From the NCBI GenBank assembly GCA_043800705.1, contig JAZDMS010000034.1, positions 13,831 through 77,830 on the forward strand: a stretch of DNA of 64,000 nucleotides, read 5' to 3'. The DNA is from Candidatus Altiarchaeota archaeon (GTDB lineage: Archaea > Altiarchaeota > Altiarchaeia > IMC4 > SCGC-AAA252-I15). Made by a program: the position numbers and the translations under genes. Below, piece by piece: positions 38,312-48,984 of this stretch. Within the stretch, counting starts at the first letter, position 1. Each line of letters begins with the position of its first letter. The notes beneath the pieces are model-generated. The model was not told the origin of the DNA, did no database searches, and worked only from the letters and a program-made list of their open reading frames with translations.

Positions 38312-39966
38312 AACAGCCCGTGTATCATCCCTTCGTCGTCTATGCTGATGTTCTCCGCCGCCGGCTTCTTTGGAAGGCCTGGCATCGTCAGTATCTTGCC
38401 ACAGTAGGCGACGAGGAATCCGGCGCCCGCCGAGGCCTTTATCTTGCTGACGGTTATCGTGAATCCCTTAGGTGCGCCAAGGAGGTTCGGGTCGTCCGAG
38501 AGGCTCTTCTGGGTCTTGCTCATGCAGATGGGCAGCTTCGCGAACCCCTGCTTCTCCAAAAGGCCCATTAGATTGTTGGCTTCCTCGGTGAATTTGACGT
38601 CGTCTGCTCCGTAGATCTTCGTCGCAATCGCCTTGATCTTTTCCTTTATCGGCTTTTCCGGGTCATATAGCCTGCGGTATGCGTTCGGTTTTTCAAACGC
38701 GGCGACGACCTTCTTCGCCAGATCGAGCCCGCCTTGCCCGCCTTTTGCGTGGACTTCGGACATCGCGACATCGACTTTGAGCCTCCTGCATTCGCCGAGG
38801 ACATAATCCAGCTCCTTTTCTGTGTCGGTCGAGAACCGGTTGAGCGCGACGACGAGGGGGACGCCGAACTGGCCTACGTTCTCCATCTGCTTCTTCAGGT
38901 TCTGGAAGCCTTTTTCCAATGCCGCCATGTCCTCCTTCGAGTAATCCTTAGCGCCGCCGTGGTGCTTGATAGCCCGGACAGTGGCGACGAGGACGACGGC
39001 GTCTGGCCGGAAACCCGCCTGCGGGCAGACTATGTCGAGGAATTTTTCCGCGCCGAGGTCGGCTCCGAATCCCGCCTCGGTGACGACGACGTCGGACAAC
39101 TTCAAAGCGATCTTCGTGGCGATTATGGAATTCGTCCCGTGGGCTATGTTCGCGAACGGGCCGCCGTGGATGAACGCCGGCCCGCCTTCAAGGGTCTGGA
39201 CAAGGTTTGGGTTGAGCGCGTCGCGAAGAAGCGCAGCCATCGCCCCCTCGGCCTTGAGGTCTGACGCCCTGACAGGCTTTCCGAAGAACGTGTATGCGAC
39301 GACCATCCTGCCGAGACGCTCCTTGAGGTCGTGGTAGCTCTCCGACAGGCACAGGACCGCCATGACCTCGCTTGCCGCGGTGATGTCGAACTTGTCCTCC
39401 CTGGCCAGGCCCGCCGATTCCCCGAGGCCGATGAATATCCTCCGAAGGCTTCGGTCGTTCATGTCGGTGACTCGTCTCCAGACGACCTTGGTCGGATCTA
39501 TGTTTAGGTCGTTGCCTTGGAATATGTGGTTGTCTATCAGTGCTGAGAGGAGGTTGTTGGCTGCGGAGACCGACGGTATGTCGCCTGTGAAGTAGAGGTT
39601 GATGTCCTCCATCGGAAGCACCTGGCTGAATCCTCCCCCGGCCGCGCCGCCTTTGACGCCCATGACGGGGCCTAGGGACGGCTCCCTCAGGCACGCCGTC
39701 GACTTTATGCCAATCTTTCTGAGGGCCTGGGCCAGCCCGACTGTGGTGGTGGTCTTGCCTTCGCCTGCAGGCGTCGGATTCATCGACGTGACTAGAACCA
39801 ATTTCCCGCTCTTTTTGGCGTCAAGCCTCTTCAGGAGCTTCAGCGAGACCTTGGCCTTGTACTTGCCGTAGAGCATCAGGTCATCTCCCGGGATTCCAAG
39901 CTCCTTCGCAACCTCGCCGATCGGCCTCAGAGCAACCTTGTGTGCGATGTCGATGTCCGAATCCAT
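38308..39966 (-). CDS. fhs: Formate--tetrahydrofolate ligase
   Basis: PTPAGEGKTTT, KGGAAGGG, HGGPFANIAHG, TEAGFGADLGAEKF, TMPGLP. Start at ATG 39966. Confidence 0.96.
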   Translation of the reverse strand: MDSDIDIAHKVALRPIGEVAKELGIPGDDLMLYGKYKAKVSLKLLKRLDAKKSGKLVLVTSMNPTPAGEGKTTTTVGLAQALRKIGIKSTACLREPSLGPVMGVKGGAAGGGFSQVLPMEDINLYFTGDIPSVSAANNLLSALIDNHIFQGNDLNIDPTKVVWRRVTDMNDRSLRRIFIGLGESAGLAREDKFDITAASEVMAVLCLSESYHDLKERLGRMVVAYTFFGKPVRASDLKAEGAMAALLRDALNPNLVQTLEGGPAFIHGGPFANIAHGTNSIIATKIALKLSDVVVTEAGFGADLGAEKFLDIVCPQAGFRPDAVVLVATVRAIKHHGGAKDYSKEDMAALEKGFQNLKKQMENVGQFGVPLVVALNRFSTDTEKELDYVLGECRRLKVDVAMSEVHAKGGQGGLDLAKKVVAAFEKPNAYRRLYDPEKPIKEKIKAIATKIYGADDVKFTEEANNLMGLLEKQGFAKLPICMSKTQKSLSDDPNLLGAPKGFTITVSKIKASAGAGFLVAYCGKILTMPGLPKKPAAENISIDDEGMIHGLF

Positions 39967-40027
39967 AAAAGTGATTAAAGAACATGCGGATAAAAGAGTG
40001 GAGAAAGTTACGCGGCTTCTCGGCAGG

Positions 40028-41344
40028 TCACGCGTCCTGGCTCTTCGGCCTAGAAAGCAGATCGACTGCGTCGAGGAGCCTTTCAATGGCGATGTCTTCC
40101 TCGCCCGGCTTCTTATATCGTATCGCAAATTCGGCAACGGGATTCGAGACGTCTTTGCGCCCGATTTTCATGCATTGGGCCATGACCCGGATAATCCTTT
40201 TTTCCAGAGGTATCCCTATCTCGCGGACGTTCGGTATTTCGATGCCGAGCTGGCATTCGATGACGCCCATGAGCTCTTCAGCCAAGGCCTGATGCTGGCC
40301 TGCCGCCTCAAGATTAAAGCATTCGGCCAGCCCCCGCGATTCATGTCCGTGTGCGACGCTTCCGAATCTTGCTCCGAGTTCCATGAGTTTATCAGCCAAC
40401 GAAATACCATTCCATTGGGGGGGTGCGGATGCCAATTGAGGCTCACGCCATACCGGCTCGACCGCTCCTGGGACGGGTTTGGCCGCTGGCGCCGGCTTCA
40501 GCGCAGACTCCAAATTCTTGACCCTGATATCGAGCAGACACTCCCTCACGTAACCGATCCCACGACCCATGCGAGATGCTACTCGGCGCTCATAGTGTCC
40601 GTATGTGGTGTCTGTCCCTTTCAACGCGGCTAGGTCAACGCTCCTTAGCGTCCCGGGTTCCCTGTACCAACCCTCGCTCGGATTCGAGGCGCCCGGCCTT
40701 TTCGCCTCCTCCAAACCGGCAGGGGTCAGGTAGCTCCTGTCGTCCACCGGATCGAATATGTCAAAATCCGGCGGGAGGGGCTGTGAAATGACCTTCAAGC
40801 CTTCGACAGCCCTTTCGAGGCCGCCAAATCCTTTTAAGACGTTTGAGGGATGTTCCCTGTCCGCTCCCCGGAAGAACGACTCAAGTGACGTGCGCATGAC
40901 AATCCCCACATCAGCCTTCATCTGAGGGTCGGCATCCCTTGACGCTGCGAAATGCCAGCATCCGAGCCTTGTGGTCGCATCGCGGTGGCTGTTGGACATC
41001 CTGGACTTGGCGGTAAGGACTTTCTCGCCGTCTTTCCGCTCATACGGGACATTCTGCAGGAGCCACGACACCCAAACACCCATGTCCTCGGCGTTCAACG
41101 GCCCCATGCCATCGTATACGAGAGCCCGCATCACCCTGTCGAAGGTGTCGAATCTGCATTCATCCCTGATCTCCCGCGCCATGGTCTGGGAGAGGGGGTC
41201 ATCCATCCTGCGGAAGCAGTTCAGCTGCCCGAGCCTCAGCTCCTGCTGGGGAGCCCCTATACGCGTGTCGTTGAGGGGGTCCTGCCCCAAGATGAGCCGC
41301 CTCATCTCATCGTCATTTAGGGCCTGGATTTTGCCGTGAGCCAT
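40028..41344 (-). CDS. Hypothetical protein (438 aa)
   Basis: ATG start, fills the gap between fhs and the divergent gene. No recognised motif. Confidence 0.6.
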   Translation of the reverse strand: MAHGKIQALNDDEMRRLILGQDPLNDTRIGAPQQELRLGQLNCFRRMDDPLSQTMAREIRDECRFDTFDRVMRALVYDGMGPLNAEDMGVWVSWLLQNVPYERKDGEKVLTAKSRMSNSHRDATTRLGCWHFAASRDADPQMKADVGIVMRTSLESFFRGADREHPSNVLKGFGGLERAVEGLKVISQPLPPDFDIFDPVDDRSYLTPAGLEEAKRPGASNPSEGWYREPGTLRSVDLAALKGTDTTYGHYERRVASRMGRGIGYVRECLLDIRVKNLESALKPAPAAKPVPGAVEPVWREPQLASAPPQWNGISLADKLMELGARFGSVAHGHESRGLAECFNLEAAGQHQALAEELMGVIECQLGIEIPNVREIGIPLEKRIIRVMAQCMKIGRKDVSNPVAEFAIRYKKPGEEDIAIERLLDAVDLLSRPKSQDA

Positions 41345-41501
41345 ATCGCACAGAAGTATATCTAAGATACTGGCAGGCTAAGGATTAATAAGGGGTCTCG
41401 GGGATTACCGCCGCCGCTTCTTTCCATGACGAGGCCTGGCAGGATTTGGCGAAAAAAGAGGAGTTACAGGGATTAATATCTATTCTTCCTAAAGGGTAGC
41501 T

Positions 41502-43241
41502 ATGCCAGACAATACCAGTTCGCCAACCGGGATTCAACCCCTCGGACAGATGCCGCTGCCCGAGATTGTTTTGGCTCTGCAGGACGACCAGATTGTTTAC
41601 CTGAAAAAACCGGGCAGTGAGCTCGTCATGGACGGCAAGATTATGAGGGGGCCGGTCATTGACTCGAAGGGGGGGATGCAATATGTCGTCGGGGAACGGG
41701 ATAGTTCCTTTACGGAAGAAGACCCGAAAAGGCTGAATCAACTGCTTCATTTTGAGGAACTTGCCAGGACAGGGCAGATAATCGCGACGACGCCTGAAGA
41801 GATTTTTTTGAACGGCATCGGCGGCGACCGGAGCAAACTAGCCATGTTCCATACCTGCGGAGGGGAGGGATCGTCTTTCGGAGTCAACATAGCCACAGTC
41901 AGCGACGCCATATCCGACGAGTATGTTGTTTTGGGGTCCTGGCAGGGGTTTGGGAGTGCGGTGAAGAAAAAGGGGGAGTTCGCTAGATCATTAACCGTCC
42001 TGAATGCGGCGCATGTCCGTGAGAGGATCGGACACACCGCCGGATCGCCGCTTGGAATGTCCAGGATCAAGCCTGGGTTTGGCTCACCCGAGGAGACGCA
42101 ATTCATGGAGAACCACGAAGGGGTGGGAATAATCTACGGCACGGGCGGGGGAGACCTTTCCAAGAACTTTAAGAGGGTATACGACCTCATGCGAGAGGAC
42201 CCCGGAAGATACGGGAACATCCCCGTCGGCGTCACCCCAAAAAGCATGGACAACGACCTGGGGATACAGCTGGCTGACGGCACAACCGTCAATTCGCTGA
42301 TGCTCGGCTATCTCTCAACAGCCCACGCCATGCGCAGACACTGGTTCGACGAATTTCAAAGCGCAGCGGGAGCGGGGAGGGGGGTTGTCGGGTTCTTCTT
42401 CGGAAGGGGAGCGGGATGGACCGTCCTTGGCGCGATCAGATGCGACGAAGCCTATAAGCAGAGGATGAGGGAGGAGGGTATCCTGACAAGAGACCTGGAG
42501 AACAAGATGGACGGCCTGGGGTCAAAGCAGATCGGCCTCGTACCCGAGGAGGAAGTCACGATACAACAGCTCGTGGATGCCGTCAAACTCGTATACGGCA
42601 GGGGCAGAGACAAGACTGTCGGTGTGGCGTGCTCGGAGGGGGCGATGATAGTCGAAGTGGATAATGAAGGCAGAAGACTCAACAGGATACTCAAACAAAA
42701 AGAGGCCGAAGGACCGGACGCATTAAGGGAATGGAAGGCGAAGGTCATGGCCAAGGCGCAAAAAGGCGAGTTTGAGGGCGTCATTGTAGACGAAAAGCTG
42801 GGGGAGGTTTTCAAAGCCAGGCCTGACGTGGGCCTCGAGTTCATCAATGATGCGGTAATCGAGCCGAAAACGGATGCCTGGGGCCACACCCACGTAAAGA
42901 TGATACCGAAGATAGTCGATGCCATCGTGAATGTGCTTGCAGGGATAAAGACAAACTACGTGGAGATCAGATACGAGGCGCGAACAGGCGAGACCATACC
43001 ATCAGACAGGGCTCTTGGCGAAAGGACGGGAAAGTTAGCCGGCGAAAAACTCATGGAAGGCAAGTCGGGCCTCACGACAGTCGTCTACAAGGCCGGGGAA
43101 GACCCGCTGCTGATGGATCCAAGCCGAATGGAGGCCACATTCACACCTTTTGACCAGATTAGGGGGATGACGGAGCACGACAACAACCTCAAACAGCTGG
43201 ATAGGGGATACATTCGCGGCCTCGGCATCCTAACTGCGTGA
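41502..43241 (+). CDS. Highly divergent PfkA-family phosphofructokinase-like protein
   Basis: TCGGEG, GTGGGD, PKSMDND, LGYLSTA, FGRGAGW, VPE, SEG, YEAR are collinear with PfkA motifs; several catalytic positions are changed. Confidence 0.7.
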   Translation: MPDNTSSPTGIQPLGQMPLPEIVLALQDDQIVYLKKPGSELVMDGKIMRGPVIDSKGGMQYVVGERDSSFTEEDPKRLNQLLHFEELARTGQIIATTPEEIFLNGIGGDRSKLAMFHTCGGEGSSFGVNIATVSDAISDEYVVLGSWQGFGSAVKKKGEFARSLTVLNAAHVRERIGHTAGSPLGMSRIKPGFGSPEETQFMENHEGVGIIYGTGGGDLSKNFKRVYDLMREDPGRYGNIPVGVTPKSMDNDLGIQLADGTTVNSLMLGYLSTAHAMRRHWFDEFQSAAGAGRGVVGFFFGRGAGWTVLGAIRCDEAYKQRMREEGILTRDLENKMDGLGSKQIGLVPEEEVTIQQLVDAVKLVYGRGRDKTVGVACSEGAMIVEVDNEGRRLNRILKQKEAEGPDALREWKAKVMAKAQKGEFEGVIVDEKLGEVFKARPDVGLEFINDAVIEPKTDAWGHTHVKMIPKIVDAIVNVLAGIKTNYVEIRYEARTGETIPSDRALGERTGKLAGEKLMEGKSGLTTVVYKAGEDPLLMDPSRMEATFTPFDQIRGMTEHDNNLKQLDRGYIRGLGILTA

Positions 43242-44261
43242 GACTGGCTTGAGGGCATATGCCCTTTTTCCAAGGCCGATCTTTTCGGCATATTCAAGTA
43301 TGTGGGTCCCGTCGATTTCGTGTTTCTTGAGGAACGGGTCTTTTCCGTTGCTCCTCTCCTTGACGAGGTCGAAGGCGGCCTGGTCGCATGCCACAGGATC
43401 GTCGCTCAGGACGATGCCTATGTCCTTCATGAACGGCTTCTGGTCAGTCCCCATGCAGTCGCAGTCGTATGTGAGGTCGGTTATGAAGTTCATATGCCAC
43501 CACCTGCGGCCCCTGACCGCCGCCAGGGCGTATTCCGCTATCTTCTCCATTAGGACGTTGTTGACCTCATTCGACATGTTCCAGGGTATGTCTAATGCCC
43601 CCCTCGGGCAGACGGCGATGCAGTGGGCGCAGCCGACGCATTTGCCCGAGTCGATGGCTGCCACGTCGCCGAGGGTGATGGCGCCGACGGGACAGTCGGC
43701 GACACAGGTCCCGCATGCGACGCATTTGGCGCCATTCACTATCGGGGATATGATGGAGTGCATGTCCATCTTCCCGCCGCGTGAGCCGAGGCCCATCCCG
43801 ATGTTCTTCAGAACTCCGCCGAATCCCGTCGCCATGTGGCCTTTGAAGTGCGAGACCGAGACGAGTCGGTCGTATTTTTCCAATCCGGCTCCGAGCTTAG
43901 CGGCCTTCGTGCGGCCGACGTTCACCGGGACCTCCATCGATGCCTCCCCCATCTCGCCGTCGAGTATGTCTATGTCGATGAAGCCGAACCCGTGCCTCTT
44001 CGCAGTGGCGACGTGGTCCGCCTTCCTCGTCCTTGAGCCCCGATACATGACGTTGCATTCGACGAAGACCGGCCTGTCGAAGATGGTCTTCGCATCCCTG
44101 AGCCACTCCGGTTTGACGTGTGTTTTATTGCCCTCCTCGCCGAAGTGGACCTTGAAGCCGACCATGCCCGGGCAGAGAACGTCGCGTATTATCTTGAAAC
44201 ACTCTGATGCCCCATCCCTGAGCCTGGAGACATCGCTCCACAGGTAAACAGATGAGGCCAT
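43230..44261 (-). CDS. DUF362-type protein with a 2x[4Fe-4S] ferredoxin domain
   Basis: KVHFGEEGN, SHFKGH, GFGGVLKNIGMG, CVACGTC...CP, CVGCAHC...CP, CDC, DPVACD. Confidence 0.85.
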   Translation of the reverse strand: MASSVYLWSDVSRLRDGASECFKIIRDVLCPGMVGFKVHFGEEGNKTHVKPEWLRDAKTIFDRPVFVECNVMYRGSRTRKADHVATAKRHGFGFIDIDILDGEMGEASMEVPVNVGRTKAAKLGAGLEKYDRLVSVSHFKGHMATGFGGVLKNIGMGLGSRGGKMDMHSIISPIVNGAKCVACGTCVADCPVGAITLGDVAAIDSGKCVGCAHCIAVCPRGALDIPWNMSNEVNNVLMEKIAEYALAAVRGRRWWHMNFITDLTYDCDCMGTDQKPFMKDIGIVLSDDPVACDQAAFDLVKERSNGKDPFLKKHEIDGTHILEYAEKIGLGKRAYALKPVSRS

Positions 44262-44320
44262 AATAGAGTATCGAAGGGGGGATAAAAATGGATATATTTT
44301 CGTATAATCCCATTAATAAT

Positions 44321-46015
44321 ATGATGAAAGAGGCGGTAAAACCCCCGGTGGAAGGCCGGGAAGACCTTGGGATTCCCGCCCCTAAGCTGACTCTGGGGAC
44401 GAATTATTTCATAATCGACAGGGATACAGGGAAAGTCTTAGAGAGACTGTCCACCAGCGGTAAAAGAGTCCTCAGGACCAAAGGCCTTTACGAATTCAAG
44501 GTCCAGCCGGAAGGAGACAAAGAGACCGCGGGCAAGAGAAGGCTCACTGACAAAGACATGGTCGAGGGAGTGTCGAGCGGCCGCCTGATAGTGATGAGCC
44601 ATGAGGAGATCCTCGGCGCATTGGACAGGTCCAAGACGGGGATAGGCATCACCGGCGGCGGAGACTGCGCAGGGATAGCGGATTTCCTGGCCTCATTGCA
44701 GCACAACCTGAACCCCGAACTGACGATGCTGGGGGTGAGGAACGCCGGCAAAGGGTTGAAGACGAAGCCGGAAGGATTCGATGAGAAACTGATAATAGTC
44801 GACGGACTCGCTGCCGACGACTTCGAAGGCCAATCCAGCACGCCCTACGGGTCTGCGAGGGAGGATCCTTTCCCAAAGAAGTTCGACACAGACCCCGGCA
44901 AGAGGGCTAAGCAGGAGGAGGAGCAGGCGAATGCGACGGAGAACATCAGACCGTTCATGTTCTTCTATGGCACCGGCGGCAACGACCATCTCGCTCTCCT
45001 TGAGAGGATAGCCAGGAGGTTCCCGGACAAGATAGTGGTGGGAACGTTCAAGAGCATAGACGGAGACGGATGGATCGCAGGCAGGCCTGCGCAGATGCTC
45101 GGCTTCAACACCGCAGTCAGAGACTATCAGAGGGCCGTCTGGGCCGCAGCCCAGAATGCCGACACCCACAACCAATGGCATGTGGTCGAGACATTCGGGC
45201 GGGGAGCGGGCAAACTCGCATACGAGGCGGCACGCCGATACCCGGCGAATTTCGACGAACTCCCGGCGGAGGAGAGGAGGAAAGTCACCGAATACCGGCG
45301 AGGGATTATGATACTCGTCCCCGAGAAGCCGACGACATTCAGGAGCCTGGCAGCCGAGGCGAGGGCGATAAATAGTAGGGAGGGGCACATCGTCGTTGTC
45401 GCAGCAGAAGGTTTCATGCCGCCCGAGCTGAAGTATGAGATGAACAGGCTTGTGAAGGACCAGGGACTGAAACGGAAGTGGCTGAGCCGTGAACTAAAGG
45501 TCGAGGACATACCGGGACTTGTTGAGGTCGTCGACGAGAACGACCCCAGAGCCGATTTGAAGAAGATGCTGGAAGACCGCGAGCTTGCTGCGCAGTTCGG
45601 CAAGACCATATGGGAGAGCAAACTCGACCCCCACGATAACGTCGAAAAGCTCGCGGGGATTGGCAGGTTCATCATGCAGGCGCTAGAGAAGTTGGCGGGC
45701 GCCAGCAAAGTCAACCAGCTTCTTGAAAACTATGAGGCACGGGGGGCTACGCCGACCGAATACGATATGATAATGGGGCGAAAAATCGGAGAGACTATGG
45801 CAAAGCTGGTAAACGACGGCGTCAAGGGAGGCAAGGCCGTCGTCTATTTCGAAGGCATGAACCCCATCCTTGAAGATCCCGTCGTAGTGGACCTGGTCGG
45901 CGTATCCGATAAAAACAACCTCAACAACAGGGAACTCTACCCTGAGGAAATACTCCAAGAAAACGGCGTGTTCTGGAAAGTCGAAGACCTCGGAAGGTAC
46001 CTACAGGCGGCGTAG
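44321..46015 (+). CDS. Divergent PfkA-family (probably PPi-type) phosphofructokinase
   Basis: TGGGDCAG, GSAR, GTGGNDH, KSIDGD, GFNTA, VETFGRGAG, AEG, YEARG. Confidence 0.78.
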   Translation: MMKEAVKPPVEGREDLGIPAPKLTLGTNYFIIDRDTGKVLERLSTSGKRVLRTKGLYEFKVQPEGDKETAGKRRLTDKDMVEGVSSGRLIVMSHEEILGALDRSKTGIGITGGGDCAGIADFLASLQHNLNPELTMLGVRNAGKGLKTKPEGFDEKLIIVDGLAADDFEGQSSTPYGSAREDPFPKKFDTDPGKRAKQEEEQANATENIRPFMFFYGTGGNDHLALLERIARRFPDKIVVGTFKSIDGDGWIAGRPAQMLGFNTAVRDYQRAVWAAAQNADTHNQWHVVETFGRGAGKLAYEAARRYPANFDELPAEERRKVTEYRRGIMILVPEKPTTFRSLAAEARAINSREGHIVVVAAEGFMPPELKYEMNRLVKDQGLKRKWLSRELKVEDIPGLVEVVDENDPRADLKKMLEDRELAAQFGKTIWESKLDPHDNVEKLAGIGRFIMQALEKLAGASKVNQLLENYEARGATPTEYDMIMGRKIGETMAKLVNDGVKGGKAVVYFEGMNPILEDPVVVDLVGVSDKNNLNNRELYPEEILQENGVFWKVEDLGRYLQAA

Positions 46016-46217
46016 GCTTGTTTTTGGGATCCTCAGGGCAGGTAACTCCCGATTTTTTTATCTTATTACACCCTGTTACGCCAACCAACCGACTTTAACC
46101 CACAGTACCCCTAGTACTGTATCCATCACACTTTTGAGGATCCCATAGATAATTGGGAGGGAAGGTATATATGGCATCTGGATGGGGCATTCCAGCCCCA
46201 GCTGAGGCATATACAGG

Positions 46218-46480
46218 GTCTTTTTTCCTGCTATCCTTCAGCGCATATATGCATCCGGGGGGGTTTGTCGTTAGTCTCCTTCGAGTCGGTCAAGAGCTCC
46301 TTGTGGCGTATGCCAAGCTGACGGTAGCAGAAGTACCTAACAGCCTCCTTTTTCGCCGATATCTCCTCAAGTTCGTCGAACAGCTCCTTCTTCGTCAGCC
46401 TCTCCCATATCCAGATGGAACCCCTCCTCGGACAGCCAGGAGAGGATCTGGCCCTTCATTGACTCGTAATCGACTGCCAT
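46218..46480 (-). pseudogene. Possible short gene remnant split over two frames
   Basis: MAVDYESMKGQILSWLSEEGF from ATG 46480, then protein-like WERLTKKELFDELEEISAKKEAVRYFCYRQLGI in another frame. Confidence 0.3.
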
Positions 46481-46509
46481 GAAGCGTATTTGAGGTAGTA
46501 GTATAAAAT

Positions 46510-48060
46510 CTAGTGCAAGAAGCATCTGACGCCCGTGAACACCATCGCCATCCCGTGCTCGTCCGCGGCCTGTATCACTTCGGCGTCCCGGATGGAGCCG
46601 CCTGGATGTATGGCCGCGGTAATGCCTGCCTTGGCGGCTTCGTCGACGCCGTCGCGGAACGGGAAGAACGCGTCCGAGGCCATCGCAGCCCCCTTCGAAA
46701 GAGCCCCGGCCTTCATGGCCGCAATCTTCACGGCGTCGACCCTGCTCATCTGGCCCGCACCCACGCCGACGGTGTGGTCCTTCTTGGCGAATATGATGCT
46801 GTTGGATTTGGTGTGGCGGCAGACCTTCCAGGCGAAGAGCATCGCATCTGTCTCGTCCCTTGACGGCTTCCTCTTGCTCACGACATTGAGGTCCTTCTCC
46901 GTGAGCTCCCGCAGGTCCAGTGTCTGCACCAAAAGGCCGCCGACAACCCCCCGGTAGTCCAGGGATTTCTCCGATGTTTTCCTGATTGGGCCGGTCTCCA
47001 AGAGGCGCATCTTCTCCTTCTTGGCGAATATGGGTAGCACCTCCTTCGGGAAAGACGGGGCTGCGACGACTTCGACGAACGTGGACGTGATGTCCTTCGC
47101 GACCGCCTCGTCAGGTTCGCGGTTGAGTGCGACGATGCAACCGAAGGCGCTCTGCGGGTCGGCGCTGTGCGCCAGCTTGTACGCCGAGGCGATGTCCGCT
47201 GCGACACCGACGCCAGAGGGGTTCAGGTGCTTTACGATGACCGCCGCAGGCTCGTCGAACTCCTTCACCAGCTCCAAGGTGGCGTTCACGTCGATGATGT
47301 TATTGAAGGAAAGCTGCTTGCCGGCGGATATGACCGTCGCATTGGCTACGCAGCATTCCCCGGAGCCGTCCGTGTAGAATGCCGCCCTCTGGTGGGGATT
47401 CTCCCCGTAGCGTAGGTCATATGCCTTCTTTAACGGGATGATGAGGTCGTTCGGAAATCTCCCGGGGAGAAACTGCCCAGCCAGATACCTGTGTATTATC
47501 GCATCGTATTCGGCGGTGTGGGCGAATGCCTTGAGGGCTAGAGCCCTCTTCGTCCCGTCAGTCACTGACCCGGCCTCAAGCTCAGTAAGGACGAGACCAT
47601 AGTCCGCGGGGTCCACGACTATAGCGACGTCGTTGTGGTTCTTCGCAGCGGCACGGACGAGGGACGGCCCGCCTATGTCGATGTTCTCTATCGCATCCTC
47701 GAAGCTCGCATCAGGCCGTTCGATCGTGGACTGGAAGGGGTAGAGGTTGACTGCGACGATGTCGATTGGGGGGATGTTGTGCTGGCGGATCTTGTCCATG
47801 TGCTCCTTATTCCCCCTTACTGCGAGGATGCCGGCATGGACCTTCGGGTGGAGGGTCTTGACGCGCCCGTCCAGCATCTCAGGGAGGCCGGTGTGGTCCG
47901 AGACCTGGATTACGGGGACGCCGGCGTCCTTCAGGACCTTTGCGGTGCCGCCGGAGGAGATGATCTTTATCCCGAGTATATGGAGACCCCTAGCAAAATC
48001 GACGACGCCCGCCTTGTCATAGACGCTTATCAGAGCATGAGAGGCAACCAAGCCAAACAC
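46510..48060 (-). CDS. purH: Bifunctional AICAR transformylase/IMP cyclohydrolase, bacterial type
   Basis: ALISVYDK, GRVKTLHP, ENIDIGGP, LRYGENPHQ, KSNSI, ASDAFFPF, PGGSIRD. Confidence 0.96.
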   Translation of the reverse strand: MFGLVASHALISVYDKAGVVDFARGLHILGIKIISSGGTAKVLKDAGVPVIQVSDHTGLPEMLDGRVKTLHPKVHAGILAVRGNKEHMDKIRQHNIPPIDIVAVNLYPFQSTIERPDASFEDAIENIDIGGPSLVRAAAKNHNDVAIVVDPADYGLVLTELEAGSVTDGTKRALALKAFAHTAEYDAIIHRYLAGQFLPGRFPNDLIIPLKKAYDLRYGENPHQRAAFYTDGSGECCVANATVISAGKQLSFNNIIDVNATLELVKEFDEPAAVIVKHLNPSGVGVAADIASAYKLAHSADPQSAFGCIVALNREPDEAVAKDITSTFVEVVAAPSFPKEVLPIFAKKEKMRLLETGPIRKTSEKSLDYRGVVGGLLVQTLDLRELTEKDLNVVSKRKPSRDETDAMLFAWKVCRHTKSNSIIFAKKDHTVGVGAGQMSRVDAVKIAAMKAGALSKGAAMASDAFFPFRDGVDEAAKAGITAAIHPGGSIRDAEVIQAADEHGMAMVFTGVRCFLH

Positions 48061-48093
48061 CAGTAAAAGACTAAGGATAGGCGAGTTAAAAAA

Positions 48094-48927
48094 TCACTTC
48101 GATTTTTCCGCTGCAATAAGGGTGTTCTCCAAGAGGGCGGCAATTGTCATCGGCCCAACGCCACCGGGCACCGGGGTGATGTGTGATGCTTTCTCCTTCA
48201 CTGTCTCCAAGTCGACGTCGCCAACCATCTTGCCGTCGACGAAGCTTATCCCAGCATCTATCACGACCGCTCCCTTCTTTACCATGTCAGCCCTAATCAG
48301 GCTGGGGACTCCCGCACCGCTTATGAGGATGTCGGCCTGGAGGGTGTGCTTCTTGAGGTCGCGGGTCTTATGGTTGCAGACTGTGACGGTGGCGTTGCGG
48401 TTTAGAAGGAGCATCGAAAGGGGCCTGCCGAGGACGATGGTGTGGTTGACGATGACTGCCTCCCTGCCTTCGAGGATTATGCCATATTCCTCCAGGAGCT
48501 GGATGATGCCCTTAGGAGTGGCTGAGACGAGGAGTTCCTCGCCGTCCATGACGGCTCCGTTGTTGTAGGGATGGAATCCGTCGACGTCCTTCCCCGGCGA
48601 GACCGCCTTCACCACGTTCCTGACGTCGATGTGCTTCGGAAGCGGCATCTGCACAAGGATCCCGTGGATCTTCGGGTCGGTGTTCAGTTTTTGTATGAGG
48701 ACGATGAGATCCTTCTCAGTGGCGTCGGCCGGAAGCTCATGCCGCTCAGAATAGAAACCTACCTCGTCGCACGCCTTCTCCTTCAGCTTCACATAAAGCT
48801 GACTGGAAGGATTCGATCCGACAAGGATGGCGGCAAGGCCGGGCTTGGCCTTCAGTTTGGCTGCCTGCGCCTTAAGTTTGCCCATATGTTTGGCTGCAAC
48901 CGCTCTGCCGTCCAGTATGATTGTCAC
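48094..48927 (-). CDS. folD: Methylene-THF dehydrogenase/cyclohydrolase
   Basis: YVKLK, GILVQMPLP, KDVDGFH, ATVTVC, TPVPGGVGPMT. Confidence 0.95.
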   Translation of the reverse strand: MTIILDGRAVAAKHMGKLKAQAAKLKAKPGLAAILVGSNPSSQLYVKLKEKACDEVGFYSERHELPADATEKDLIVLIQKLNTDPKIHGILVQMPLPKHIDVRNVVKAVSPGKDVDGFHPYNNGAVMDGEELLVSATPKGIIQLLEEYGIILEGREAVIVNHTIVLGRPLSMLLLNRNATVTVCNHKTRDLKKHTLQADILISGAGVPSLIRADMVKKGAVVIDAGISFVDGKMVGDVDLETVKEKASHITPVPGGVGPMTIAALLENTLIAAEKSK

Positions 48928-48984
48928 GGTTGATTATATGAGGGTAGGTGGTATTTAATTATCCGATAATGCCCGATATTTGAT

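Noticed and set aside
43249-44247. 332-aa + strand ORF
   Set aside because: Antisense to the DUF362/ferredoxin gene.
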